Shown here: piece after piece, positions 1 through 9,728 of the stretch
Position numbering within the stretch: the stretch's first letter is position 1
How the letters are laid out: every line of letters starts with the position of its first letter
Source of the DNA: Planctomycetota bacterium
GTDB lineage: Bacteria; Planctomycetota; Planctomycetia; Pirellulales; Lacipirellulaceae
Direction of reading: 5' to 3'
Length of the DNA stretch: 41,742 nucleotides
Assembly (NCBI GenBank): GCA_039190745.1
Contig: JBCCXZ010000034.1
Location: forward strand, 1 to 41,742
The notes under the pieces: generated by a model
What the model saw: the letters and a program-made list of their open reading frames with translations, nothing else
Told to the model about the DNA's origin: nothing
Databases searched by the model: none
Translations under genes and position numbers: made by a program

Positions 1-77
<77 letters not shown>

Positions 78-229
78 TACTTAGAACGTCAAAGGCCCGC
101 TCTTTGCAGCGTGTTCTTTGATGAATAGTGTCCGGTTGTTCGCAACCGCAAACACATGGGGACGGTCCTTGTGACTGGCCAAGAAGTCGGCCTCGCCTCG
201 GCGGGGCAACTCACCAAATTGATATTGAG

Positions 230-271
230 AAACCCGTCACGAGGGTTAGCCTCCTCGTGACGGGTTTTTTT
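230..271 (+). terminator. Rho-independent terminator downstream of 16S
   Basis: AAACCCGTCACGAGG - 8 nt loop - CCTCGTGACGGGTTT, a perfect 15-bp stem running into a T7 tract. Confidence 0.93.
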
Positions 272-307
272 GTGCCCACACCCAAGCTGCGCCAAACACC
301 AGCCGCC

Positions 308-1156
308 ATGCAGCTCCACCCCACCGGCGCCGACCCCACGCAACAGGCGCTGCTCGTCTGCCGCAACGCTCGGTTCAACCTGCTCGTCATCGCCGCAGCA
401 CTCTGGGTGTTGCCGGGATTCTTCGCGTGGCAGGCGTTCCCCTGGTACGTCGTCTACCCGAGTTCCGGTCTGGCCCTGCTCATCACGCTGCCGATCGTCT
501 CCGCCTGGCGGCGGCGGGGCCGCGCCGCCAACTGGGTATTGGCCGTCTTGCCCGACGCCGTGTGGCTCAACCTCCGCGATTGCGAGTACGCAGACGCCGA
601 ACCTGGGGAATCGGTCGTTTCGCTACCGTGGGGCAAGATCGAAAAAGCCTGCCAGACCACTCACCGGTACAGCACCAGCGGCGGCGACGGCGACACAAGC
701 CACAAGGACGTGTACCTGGAATTCTCTGTCAGCCCAGAAACCGCGCTCGAAGTCCGGGCCGCGCTCCAGGCCGAGCGTAAACTCCGGACCAAAGAACACC
801 GGTACCTTTGGGGCGGCGTAACCGTCAGCCAAGGGGCGATCAAGCGGCAGCCCATCGACGTTGCCGACGAAAGCACGGTCCGCGTCAAATTCTCATCGGG
901 AACCTACGGCCTGTCGCCCGGAACGAAGCAGGCGCTCGCCGCCATGGCCGACTACGTCGTGATCGCCGAGAGCGGCGAAAGCGCCTTGGGGGATTGGCAT
1001 TCGCTGGAAGACCCGGATTTCGACAAACTCGTTCTCGACCTCATCGAGGACGGCCGGGACATCGAGGCGATTAAGCTGCTCCGCGGCCGCCGCGACGTCT
1101 CGCTTACCGAGGCGAAGGCGTTCGTCGACGGCGTCCGCCAACGCCTTCACGAATAG
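308..1156 (+). CDS. Hypothetical membrane protein with C-terminal ribosomal L7/L12-CTD-like motif
   Basis: ORF 128..1156, with ATG 308 the first start after the terminator. Two N-terminal hydrophobic helices; C-terminal IEAIKLLRGRRDVSLTEAKAFVD. Confidence 0.7.
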   Translation: MQLHPTGADPTQQALLVCRNARFNLLVIAAALWVLPGFFAWQAFPWYVVYPSSGLALLITLPIVSAWRRRGRAANWVLAVLPDAVWLNLRDCEYADAEPGESVVSLPWGKIEKACQTTHRYSTSGGDGDTSHKDVYLEFSVSPETALEVRAALQAERKLRTKEHRYLWGGVTVSQGAIKRQPIDVADESTVRVKFSSGTYGLSPGTKQALAAMADYVVIAESGESALGDWHSLEDPDFDKLVLDLIEDGRDIEAIKLLRGRRDVSLTEAKAFVDGVRQRLHE

Positions 1157-1290
1157 CCTCTCCTACGACAGGTTCAGGCACTAGGGTGCTCGCCTTTATG
1201 TGAACGCTTGTATCTTATTCGTGTTCCGGTACGATGTCGAGCACTGCAGGTCCAACCTACGTTCCGCTCACCTCCTACGGAGACTTCTCC

Positions 1291-2109
1291 ATGGCCGTCC
1301 TCACCGAATACGCCCACGGGCAGTTTAACTGGGTGGACCTCGCCGCCGGTGATATGGCCGAGGCCAAGGCCTTCTACACCGGCCTGTTCGGTTGGGACTG
1401 TGTCGACCAGGACACCCAAGGCGGCCCGCCCTACGCCATCTTCGAAATCGGCGGCAAGCGGCTTGCCGGCCTTGGCCAGCTCTCCGACGATATGCGTTCC
1501 CAGGGCGTGCCGCCTGCGTGGAACAGCTACGTGAACGTCGCTGACCTTGAATCGACGATCAGCAAGTGCCAGGAGTTGGGCGGCGCCGCACCGATGCCCG
1601 TCTGCAAGATTATGGACGCCGGTTCGATGGCCATGATCCTCGACCCCGGCGGGGCCCCGCTCTTCCTTTGGCAAGCAGACAAGCACCTCGGTGCGGGGCT
1701 GGTGAACGAGGTGGGTACGCACTGCTGGAACGAGCTCGCCACCCGCGACCTTAAGCAATCGAAAAACTTCTTCGGCAAGCTCTTCGGCTGGACCTTCGAG
1801 GCCAACGACGACTCCCCCGCCCCGTACTACAACATCAAACTGGGCAACATCAAACTCGACGGCGGCAAGCATGGCGATCGGCTCAACGGCGGTATGATGC
1901 AGATGACCGAGGAATGGGGCGACGCTCCGCCGCACTGGACCGTCTACTTCCACGTCGCCGACATCCACGAATACGAGAAGCGGCTCGAGCAACTCGGCGG
2001 CCAAAAGATCCACGGCCCCTTCGAGACCCCCGTCGGCCCGATCATCGTCTCCGCCGACCCCCAGGGCGCGGCGTTCAACGCCATCCAGATGACCGTTGCC
2101 CCCGACTGA
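1291..2109 (+). CDS. VOC/glyoxalase family protein (CFP32-like, two VOC domains)
   Basis: GQFNWVDL...AKAFYTGLFGW, PPAWNSYVNV and DPGGA are repeated in the second half (WNEL...FFGKLFGW, PPHWTVYF, DPQGA). GGAGA lies upstream of ATG 1291. Confidence 0.9.
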   Translation: MAVLTEYAHGQFNWVDLAAGDMAEAKAFYTGLFGWDCVDQDTQGGPPYAIFEIGGKRLAGLGQLSDDMRSQGVPPAWNSYVNVADLESTISKCQELGGAAPMPVCKIMDAGSMAMILDPGGAPLFLWQADKHLGAGLVNEVGTHCWNELATRDLKQSKNFFGKLFGWTFEANDDSPAPYYNIKLGNIKLDGGKHGDRLNGGMMQMTEEWGDAPPHWTVYFHVADIHEYEKRLEQLGGQKIHGPFETPVGPIIVSADPQGAAFNAIQMTVAPD

Positions 2110-2143
2110 CCCGCGGCAGCCGAATGATTCGCAGCACAGGCGC

Positions 2144-3847
2144 ATGAGCCCCGCCACCGACCTCATTTCCGCAATCCACCCACTCGGCGACGCGGCCTTG
2201 ACGGTTGGGCCCAGTGCTGGCTCGTGCACTGCCGACGGGCTGCACGCCTGGGCAGCCGCCTGCCGGCAAGCGCCCTTAGCGGGGGTCACCGATGTGGTTG
2301 CCGCATTCGGAAAGCTCGGCGTCACGTTCGACCCGGCTTCCGTCCCATCCCTGAGGGGCGAGCAGGCCTTCGAAGCGGTTTGTCGCTGGCTGATGCGGCA
2401 AGCGCAGAACCTGCCAACCAGCGACGCACGGCAGCGGCCGATGGTCGAGATCCTCGTCGTCTACGGCGGCGAGCACGGGCCCGACCTCGAAGCGGTCGCC
2501 ACGCACGCTGGGATCACACCCGACGAAGTCATCGCCCGCCACCAAGCAAGCGAGCTCACCGTCGCCGCGGTCGGCTTCGCCCCCGGCTTCGCTTACCTCG
2601 AAGGCCTGCCGCCCGAGCTGCAAACGCCTCGCCGATCTACGCCGCGCGTGGCGGTTCCCGCCGGGGCGGTCGCCATCGGCGGACCTTACACGGGCGTCTA
2701 CCCCCGCGAGTCGCCCGGTGGCTGGAACCTCATCGGCCGCACCGCCGCGGCAATGTTCGCCCCGGAGCGCACGCCCCAATCCCTGCTCGCAGCCGGCGAC
2801 CGCGTCCGCTTCCGCGCGGTCGATGAACTCCCACCACTCCTCTCTCAAGAACGACAGGCCGCCAAAGTCCCAAGTGGTGCGGCCCTGTTCCGCGTCGTCC
2901 GTCCCGGCGTCCAGAGCACACTGCAAGACCTCGGCCGCACGGGCCACCAGCACACGGGCGTCACAACCGCCGGCGCCATGGACCGGGTATCGCTGCAGGT
3001 CGCAAACCTGCTCGCTGCGAACTCGCCCGGGGCCGCTGCACTCGAGCTCACGCTCAGCGGCCCCGTGCTCGAGTGCCTCGCCGACACCGACTTCGCCCTC
3101 GCCGGCGCTCTGCCCCCGGGTTACGCAGGACCCGCACGGAAGACCATCGCCCGCGGCGAAACCCTCGACCTCGCCGCCCTGCAGGGCGGCGCACGCTGCT
3201 ACTTGGCCGTCCCCGGCGGGTTTGCCGCAGATGCGGTACTCGGCAGCACGGCGACCGATCTCCGCGCCGGTTTCGGCGGACACTCGGGCCGGGCCCTCGT
3301 CGCCGGTGACCTGCTCTACGCCGCGAACGACGCCCCGCTGCATGCTGCGCACTCGTTCGCCGCCGACTGGCACGCATCAAGCTCTTTGCATTCCGAACCG
3401 GGAGGGGGAGACGCCTCTGTCCTCCACGTCCTTCCCGGACCGCATTGCGACCTGCTCCCGCCGGACGCACTCAAGCGGCTTACCCGCACGCTGTACACCG
3501 TCGACCCTCAGTCCAACCGCATGGGGGTCCGCTGCCAATCGCCTAACGCTGCCGCCCACAACGCGGTGCTCAGTGAATCGGTCCCCGTGGCCCACGGGTC
3601 CGTCCAACTCCCGGCCGACGGCCACCCGATCGTCCTCGGCGCCGACCGCCAGACCCTCGGGGGCTACCCGCTCGTGGCCTGCGTGGTGTCCGCCGACCTC
3701 CCCACGTTAGGACAACTCCGCCCGGGAGACCGCCTCCGGTTCGAAGAGGTCGACATGGCACAAGCCCAGCGTCTCCGCGACGAATCCGAGCGGGCCCTTG
3801 GCCTCGTCGCCCTCGGCATCGCCAACGCGTTACAATCGAAGGCGTGA
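2144..3847 (+). CDS. 5-oxoprolinase PxpB-PxpC fusion (allophanate hydrolase subunit 1+2 / KipI-KipA type)
   Basis: PxpB motifs YGGEHGPDL, GFAPGFAYL, GVYPRESPGGWNLIGRT. PxpC motifs LQDLGR, GAMD, SNRMGVR, GSVQLP, DRQTLGGYP. Start could be 2096-2144. Confidence 0.92.
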   Translation: MSPATDLISAIHPLGDAALTVGPSAGSCTADGLHAWAAACRQAPLAGVTDVVAAFGKLGVTFDPASVPSLRGEQAFEAVCRWLMRQAQNLPTSDARQRPMVEILVVYGGEHGPDLEAVATHAGITPDEVIARHQASELTVAAVGFAPGFAYLEGLPPELQTPRRSTPRVAVPAGAVAIGGPYTGVYPRESPGGWNLIGRTAAAMFAPERTPQSLLAAGDRVRFRAVDELPPLLSQERQAAKVPSGAALFRVVRPGVQSTLQDLGRTGHQHTGVTTAGAMDRVSLQVANLLAANSPGAAALELTLSGPVLECLADTDFALAGALPPGYAGPARKTIARGETLDLAALQGGARCYLAVPGGFAADAVLGSTATDLRAGFGGHSGRALVAGDLLYAANDAPLHAAHSFAADWHASSSLHSEPGGGDASVLHVLPGPHCDLLPPDALKRLTRTLYTVDPQSNRMGVRCQSPNAAAHNAVLSESVPVAHGSVQLPADGHPIVLGADRQTLGGYPLVACVVSADLPTLGQLRPGDRLRFEEVDMAQAQRLRDESERALGLVALGIANALQSKA

Positions 3848-4608
3848 CGACTCGAACGATCGACCTCAACGCCGATGTTGGAGAAGGCTCCCCGCACGAC
3901 GCGGAGCTGATCCCGCTGGTGACCTCCGCCAACATCGCGTGCGGGGCCCACGCGGGCGACGAGCAGACGATGAACGCCGCCGCCCGGCTTGCTATCGACG
4001 CGGGCGTGGCCATCGGCGCCCACCCCGGCCACGCAGACCGCGAGCACTTTGGCCGCCGTGAGCTGCCGATCGCCCCCGACGAAGCCGCCTCCCTCGTCGC
4101 CAACCAATACAGCCGGCTCGTCGCGGTCGTCGAGCGCTGCGGCGGCGCCGTCCGCTACATCAAGCCCCACGGGGGGCTCTACCATCAGGCCGGCCGCGAT
4201 CCAGACATCGCGGCAGCCATCGCCGGGTGCGTCGCCCAGTTGGCCGACGGGCTCGCTCTTCTCGCCCAGCCCGGCTCGGCGCTCGAAGCCGCCGCACGCA
4301 AAGCCGGCGTGCCGTTCTACGCCGAAGCTTTTGCCGACCGCTTGTACCAGGCCGACGGCACGCTCGCCCCGCGTTCGCTGGCCGGGGCCGTGCTCACCGA
4401 CCCCGCCGCCGCAGCGGGGCAAGCCGTGTCGCTCGCCACGCGGGGCGAAGCCGCCACGCTCGATGGCCCGGCCATCCCCGTCCGCTGCGACAGCCTCTGC
4501 CTCCACGGAGACGGCCCGCACGCCGCGGCGATTGCCGCCGCGGTCCGCTCAGCGTTGCAAGGCGCGGGCGTCTCGATCCGATCGTTTACCGGGAGTGAAA
4601 CAGGTTGA
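3844..4608 (+). CDS. pxpA: 5-oxoprolinase subunit A (LamB/YcsF)
   Basis: IDLNADVGE, SANIACGAHAGD, GAHPG, YIKPHGGLY, EAFADR, LCLHGD. GTGA overlap with the upstream stop. Confidence 0.95.
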   Translation: MTTRTIDLNADVGEGSPHDAELIPLVTSANIACGAHAGDEQTMNAAARLAIDAGVAIGAHPGHADREHFGRRELPIAPDEAASLVANQYSRLVAVVERCGGAVRYIKPHGGLYHQAGRDPDIAAAIAGCVAQLADGLALLAQPGSALEAAARKAGVPFYAEAFADRLYQADGTLAPRSLAGAVLTDPAAAAGQAVSLATRGEAATLDGPAIPVRCDSLCLHGDGPHAAAIAAAVRSALQGAGVSIRSFTGSETG

Positions 4609-6086
4609 TGGGCGTCCACAAAACCCTCATGCTGCTGCTGCTGATCTGTACCGCTGCCCCGGGTTCCACGGTCTGGGCCGAGCCGCCTCCCAACGTCGTC
4701 ATTATCTTCATCGACGACATGGGCTACGCCGACATCGGCCCCTTCGGCTGCGACCGCTACCCCACCCCGAACCTCGACCGCATGGCCGCCGAGGGCCGCG
4801 TCTTCACCGACTTCCACTCGGCCACCGCCGTCTGCTCCGCCGCGCGGGCAGCGCTGCTCACGGGCTGCTACCCCGAGCGGGTCAGCATCGCGGGTGCCTT
4901 GTCGAACGTCGACCGACACGGCCTGCACGCCGACGAATGGACGATTGCCGAACTCTGCAAGGCGAAGGGCTACGCCACGGCCTGCTTTGGCAAGTGGCAC
5001 CTCGGGCACCTGCCGCAGTTCCTCCCGCTGAGGCACGGCTTCGACGAGTACTTCGGGCTGCCCTACTCGAATGATATGTGGCCCTACCCGCCCGGCCGCC
5101 ACGACCTGCGGCATGGCCTGCGTTCCCATTGGAAGGGCGGCACGTACCCGCCGCTGCCGCTGATCGAGAACGAGCGCATCATCGACCCCGATGTCACGCC
5201 CGCAGACCAAGAGCAGCTCACGACCCGCTACACCGAGCGGGCCGTCGATTTCATCGACTGCGTTCACGACCGACCGTTCCTGCTCTACCTGCCGCACACG
5301 ATGGTCCACGTGCCGCTGTACGTTTCCGACAAGTTCCGCGGCAAGAGCGGGGCGGGGCTCTACGGAGACGTTGTCATGGAGCTCGATTGGTCCGTTGGGC
5401 AAGTCCTCGACGCGCTCAAGCGGAACGGTGTCGACGACAACACGCTCGTGGTGTTCACTTCCGATAATGGCCCCTGGCTCAACTTCGGCGACCACGCCGG
5501 CTCGGCCGGGCCGCTGCGGGAGGGCAAGCGCACGATGTTCGAGGGGGGCTACCGCGAGCCCTGCGTGATGCGTTGGCCCGACCGCATCCCCGCCGGAACG
5601 CGGTGCGATGAGTTGGCGGTTACGTTCGACCTCCTGCCGACGATCGCGGCCCTGCTCGGCGAGCCGTTGCCGGAGCACCGGATCATCGACGGCAAAGACA
5701 TCTTGCCGCTGATGACCGGCGAGGACGATCGTTCGCCCCACGAGGTTTTCTACTGCTATTTCGACGGCGAGCTCCAGGCCGTCCGCGACCGCCGCTTCAA
5801 GCTCCACCTGCCGCACCGTTATCCCACGCTCGCCGGACGCCCCGGCGGCGCCGGCGGCAAGCCGGCCCATTACGAGCAGGCCGAGATCGGCCAAGTGCTC
5901 TATGACCTGAAGGCCGACCCCGGCGAAACGACCGACGTTGCCGAGGAGCACCCCGAGGTGGTCGCCCGGCTCCTGGAGCACGCCGAGGCCGCCCGCCTCG
6001 ACCTGGGTGATAAGCTCACTAAGCGCAAGGGCGCGAACATCCGCTCGCACGGCGTCGCCGAGGGCGAGGGGACCCGGTTGGAGTGA
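4608..6086 (+). CDS. Secreted arylsulfatase (formylglycine-dependent, S1)
   Basis: Signal peptide, PNVVIIFIDDMGY, CSAARAALLTG, GKWHLG, FTSDNGP, LYDLKADPGE. TGATG overlap with the pxpA stop. Confidence 0.93.
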   Translation: MGVHKTLMLLLLICTAAPGSTVWAEPPPNVVIIFIDDMGYADIGPFGCDRYPTPNLDRMAAEGRVFTDFHSATAVCSAARAALLTGCYPERVSIAGALSNVDRHGLHADEWTIAELCKAKGYATACFGKWHLGHLPQFLPLRHGFDEYFGLPYSNDMWPYPPGRHDLRHGLRSHWKGGTYPPLPLIENERIIDPDVTPADQEQLTTRYTERAVDFIDCVHDRPFLLYLPHTMVHVPLYVSDKFRGKSGAGLYGDVVMELDWSVGQVLDALKRNGVDDNTLVVFTSDNGPWLNFGDHAGSAGPLREGKRTMFEGGYREPCVMRWPDRIPAGTRCDELAVTFDLLPTIAALLGEPLPEHRIIDGKDILPLMTGEDDRSPHEVFYCYFDGELQAVRDRRFKLHLPHRYPTLAGRPGGAGGKPAHYEQAEIGQVLYDLKADPGETTDVAEEHPEVVARLLEHAEAARLDLGDKLTKRKGANIRSHGVAEGEGTRLE

Positions 6087-6111
6087 GCTGGCCGCGGCCC
6101 CTCAAGATTGA

Positions 6112-6149
6112 TTGACGGGAGGCCGATACAGGTGTAGTGTACAAATGTA
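6112..6149 (+). promoter_or_regulatory. sigma70-type promoter of dinB overlapped by two TACA-N2-TGTA palindromes
   Basis: TTGACG (6112-6117), 17 nt spacer, TAGTGT (6135-6140). TACAGGTGTA at 6127-6136 and TACAAATGTA at 6140-6149. Confidence 0.7.
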
Positions 6150-7375
6150 TGCACACTGTCGACTGGCTATTCCTGGACATGAACGCGTACTTCGCGTCCG
6201 TAGAACAGCACCTCCGGCCCGAGCTGCGCGGCCAGCCGGTTGCCGTCGTCCCAGTGATGACCGACCGCACCTGCTGCATCGCCGCCAGCTACGAGGCCCG
6301 CCCCTACGGCGTCCGCACCGGCACGAACGTCGGCCAGGCCCGCCGCCAGTGCCCGCACCTGCGGCTGATCCACGCCCGGCACGAGGAGTACATCCGCGTC
6401 CACAAGCAGATCATCGACGCGGTCGAGACCGTCCTCCCGGTCGAGAAGGTCTGCTCTATCGACGAGATGGCCTGCCGACTCTCGCTGCACCACCGCCGCG
6501 TCGAAGACGCGCTGGCCGTTGGCCAGAGGGTCAAAGACGCCGTCGCCCAACAAGTAGGCCCTGCCCTGCGCTGCTCGGTCGGCGTGGCGCCCAACGCCTT
6601 CCTCGCCAAGGTTGCCACAAACTTACAGAAGCCCGACGGGCTGGTCGCCATCACCCCCGCCGACCTGCCGCGGAAGCTCTACAAATTCCAGCTGCGAGAC
6701 CTGCCCGGCATCGGTCGCGGCATGCACGCCCGGCTCGAACGCTGCGGCGTCCACACGGTGCGCCAGCTCTGCGCCCTGCCGCGGCAGCAGATGATCGACG
6801 TCTGGAACGGGGTGGTCGGCGACTACTGGTGGCATTGGCTCCGCGGGAAGGAGTATCGCCAACCGGAGACTAAGCGACGCTCGGTGAGCCACTCCCACGT
6901 GCTCGCCCCCGCCTTCCGCACCGACCACGGCGCCCGCTCGGTGATGGTCCGCCTCATCCACAAAGCCGCCGCCCGGCTCCGCCGGCTCGAGTGCTGGGCC
7001 CGCCGGATCCAGTTCACGCTTACCTACGTTGGCGACACGCCCCGTTGGCGCGTCACTCTTTACCTCGGTTCCAGCCAAGACACCCAGACCATGCTCCGTG
7101 CCTTCGAGCAGGCCTGGGCCGAACGCCCTCGCGGCGCCACGCCGCTCAATGCGGGCATGGTGCTGTTCGATCTCACTCCCAGCAGCTGCACGCCTCTGCC
7201 GTTGTTCGAGGAGGACCGTCGCAACACCCGCGCTGCCCGGGCAATCGACGACATTAACGAGAAGCTGGGCCCCAACTCGGTCTACTTTGCCTCGATGCAC
7301 GGCGCCCAAGAGCAGGCCCCCATGCGGATCGCTTTCACTCATATCCCCGATGTTGTTGCCGAGAAGGAGTGCTAA
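6149..7375 (+). CDS. dinB: Y-family DNA polymerase (DinB/Pol IV-like)
   Basis: [53 protein letters not shown]; catalytic residues intact. Start 6149 (ATG) or 6137 (GTG). Confidence 0.93.
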   Translation: MHTVDWLFLDMNAYFASVEQHLRPELRGQPVAVVPVMTDRTCCIAASYEARPYGVRTGTNVGQARRQCPHLRLIHARHEEYIRVHKQIIDAVETVLPVEKVCSIDEMACRLSLHHRRVEDALAVGQRVKDAVAQQVGPALRCSVGVAPNAFLAKVATNLQKPDGLVAITPADLPRKLYKFQLRDLPGIGRGMHARLERCGVHTVRQLCALPRQQMIDVWNGVVGDYWWHWLRGKEYRQPETKRRSVSHSHVLAPAFRTDHGARSVMVRLIHKAAARLRRLECWARRIQFTLTYVGDTPRWRVTLYLGSSQDTQTMLRAFEQAWAERPRGATPLNAGMVLFDLTPSSCTPLPLFEEDRRNTRAARAIDDINEKLGPNSVYFASMHGAQEQAPMRIAFTHIPDVVAEKEC

Positions 7376-7425
7376 CCGCCCGCGGGCCGCATTGCGTTGC
7401 CGACCGGAAACCCGAAAATGAGGAG

Positions 7426-8772
7426 ATGAGAACACGCATCACCGGCGCCGACATCGTCCTTCCACGCGAGACCGCCCGGGTCGACGTGGTCATCGAGGGC
7501 GACAAAATCGCCGACATCGACCCCGCCCCGCAGACTGCCGTCGACGAGACGGTCGACGCGGCAGGCCTGCACCTGATCCCCGGTGTGGTCGACGACCAGG
7601 TCCACTTCCGCGAACCCGGCCTCACGCACAAGGAAGACCTCCTCAGGGCTACCCGGGCCTGCGCGCGCGGCGGGGTGACGACCTTCCTGGAGATGCCCAA
7701 CACCTCGCCCACCACAACGAGTCAGGCGGCCTTGGACGCGAAGCTCGCGCTCGCCTCGCAGAAGTGCGTGGTGAACTACGGCTTCTACGTCGGAGCCACC
7801 CCGACCAACGTCGCTGACCTCCGCGAGGCCCGCCGCACGCCGGGCATTAAGATTTTCATTGGCTCCAGTACCGGCGACTTGCTGGTCGACGACCAGGACG
7901 CGCTGGAACGGATCTTCGCCGAGACCACGCTGCCCATCACCGCGCACTGCGAAGACGAGGCGACCATCCGGGCGAACCGCGAGCGTATCGGCCCGACGGC
8001 TGACGTGCGAGACCACTCCCGCATCCGCGACCACCGGGCGGCGGTTGTCGCCACAGAGCGGGCCTTCGACCTCGCCCGCCGCCACAACCACCGGTTCCAC
8101 CTGCTCCACGTTTCCACCGCCGACGAGGTGCCACTCATCCGCGAACAGATCACCGGCGACCAGCGGCAGCTGTTCACCGCCGAGGCCTGCCTGCACCACC
8201 TGCTGCTCAACGTGGACGACTACGACCGCCTAGGCACACTGATGCAGGTGAACCCGTCGATCAAGACCGCCGCGGACAACGAAGGGCTCTGGTCGGGCCT
8301 GCTCGACGGCACTCTGCAGGTTGTCGCGACCGACCACGCGCCCCACACGCTCGAAGAGAAGCAACAGCCTTACCCGCAGTCGCCCTCGGGGATGCCGGGG
8401 GTCGAGACGTCGTTGGCCGTAATGCTCGATCAGGCCCATCAGGGCCGTTGCACGCTGCAGCAAGTCGTCCACTGGATGTGCGACGCCCCGGCCCGCACTT
8501 GGGATATCCTCCACAAGGGCCGGATTGAAGTCGGCCGCGACGCCGACCTGGTGCTTGTCGACCTCGAACAGAAGCGGACCGTTTCGAACGAAGACCAGCA
8601 CAGCAAATGCGGCTGGTCCGCCTGGGCGGGACGGGAGCTCACGGGGTGGCCCGTACGCACTTGGGTCATGGGCCAAGTGGCGTACCAGGACGGGCGTGTC
8701 TCCGAAGAATCGCTCGGCCAAGAAGCGCAGTTCGACCACGCTCTCGGCGGCTTCTGGGTCACGCAGGACTGA
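7426..8772 (+). CDS. pyrC: Dihydroorotase (amidohydrolase family)
   Basis: [65 protein letters not shown] lies just before ATG 7426. Confidence 0.9.
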   Translation: MRTRITGADIVLPRETARVDVVIEGDKIADIDPAPQTAVDETVDAAGLHLIPGVVDDQVHFREPGLTHKEDLLRATRACARGGVTTFLEMPNTSPTTTSQAALDAKLALASQKCVVNYGFYVGATPTNVADLREARRTPGIKIFIGSSTGDLLVDDQDALERIFAETTLPITAHCEDEATIRANRERIGPTADVRDHSRIRDHRAAVVATERAFDLARRHNHRFHLLHVSTADEVPLIREQITGDQRQLFTAEACLHHLLLNVDDYDRLGTLMQVNPSIKTAADNEGLWSGLLDGTLQVVATDHAPHTLEEKQQPYPQSPSGMPGVETSLAVMLDQAHQGRCTLQQVVHWMCDAPARTWDILHKGRIEVGRDADLVLVDLEQKRTVSNEDQHSKCGWSAWAGRELTGWPVRTWVMGQVAYQDGRVSEESLGQEAQFDHALGGFWVTQD

Positions 8773-8866
8773 TCGCTGCTTGCGGGCGTCCGTTGGACTG
8801 TATGCCCAACGCCGCTAAGATAGGGTTCTATTCGCGGAACGTAAGCTGAACCCCTCCGAGCCCTGG

Positions 8867-9577
8867 ATGCCTGAGCGTCTCTGGTACCTGAAGCACTGCG
8901 ACCTGTTCCAGCAGCTGACGATGCAGCAGCTTACGGGGCTTGAGGCACGCTGCCGCTCGAAGACCTTTCCCCGGGGCTCGCCGGTCTACCTGCCCGCCGA
9001 CTACGCCGACGCGGTGCTGCTGCTGGCCGAAGGGCGGGTGAAGATCGGCGGGTTCACCGAAGAGGGCAAACAGACGATCCTCGCGTTTATCGAGCCGGGA
9101 GAGGTCTTTGGCGAACTGGCGCTGGCCGGCTCGACGGAGCGTGAGGAGTACGCTGAGGCGGTCGAGAAGTCGTCGGTCGTCTTGATGCCGCGTGAGGCGT
9201 TGGAGGCGCTGCTTGCAGAAAACCCGCAGCTGGCGTTGGGTGTGACTAAGCTGTTCGGGCTGCGTCGGAAACGGATCGAGCGGCGGTTGCGTTACCTGCT
9301 TTTCCGCTCCAACCGCGAGCGGCTGGTTCATCTGCTCATCGAGCTGGCAGAGAGGTATGGTCGGCAGAACAGCGAAGGCGTCGAGCTGACGATTAAGCTG
9401 TCCCACCAGGACTTGGCGAGTATCATCGGCAGCACCCGGGAGACCGTTACCGTGGTCTTGGGCGAACTGCAATCGGAGGGCCGGCTGTCGATTGGGCGGA
9501 GGAAAATCGTACTCAAAGACCTGCCTGAGCTGGCCAGCAGCGTCAATGTACCGGTCCCGAAGCTGGCCGAGGCGTAA
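8867..9577 (+). CDS. Crp/Fnr family transcriptional regulator
   Basis: cNMP-binding domain (PGEVFGELAL) and HTH LSHQDLASIIGSTRETVT. Confidence 0.95.
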   Translation: MPERLWYLKHCDLFQQLTMQQLTGLEARCRSKTFPRGSPVYLPADYADAVLLLAEGRVKIGGFTEEGKQTILAFIEPGEVFGELALAGSTEREEYAEAVEKSSVVLMPREALEALLAENPQLALGVTKLFGLRRKRIERRLRYLLFRSNRERLVHLLIELAERYGRQNSEGVELTIKLSHQDLASIIGSTRETVTVVLGELQSEGRLSIGRRKIVLKDLPELASSVNVPVPKLAEA

Positions 9578-9616
9578 CGGACTGCGTTTGTTGAAGTATG
9601 TGCGTGTCGAACCCTG

Positions 9617-9632
9617 TGTGTGTTGAATCACA
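9617..9632. promoter_or_regulatory. CRP-like box
   Basis: TGTGT-GTTGAA-TCACA, one mismatch to TGTGA-N6-TCACA, about 100 bp upstream of the next ATG. Confidence 0.55.
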
Positions 9633-9728
9633 GAAAACTGGTCACGAGTAGCCGATTATCGTAAAAGAGCCGGCGTGTTTGAGATTCGGGCTCGTCGAAG
9701 TACGGCAACGTCGGAGCGGAGAGCGGGA

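Noticed and set aside
128..307. N-terminal extension of the first ORF
   Set aside because: It runs through the rRNA trailer and terminator; ATG 308 is the plausible start.
4833..4847. Sulfatase motif CSAAR instead of CxPxR
   Set aside because: CxAxR is a known functional variant and the other catalytic motifs are intact.
4317..6050. Long antisense and alternative-frame ORFs (also 12225-13718, 20987-22306, 26444-27736, 27501-29060, 35726-37330, 37971-39065)
   Set aside because: Shadow ORFs expected in high-GC DNA. They overlap well-supported genes and have Arg/Gly/Ala-rich, motif-free translations.
7588..7620. Dihydroorotase metal motif DDQVH lacking the first His
   Set aside because: The QxH variant is common in this dihydroorotase subgroup and does not indicate a pseudo-enzyme.
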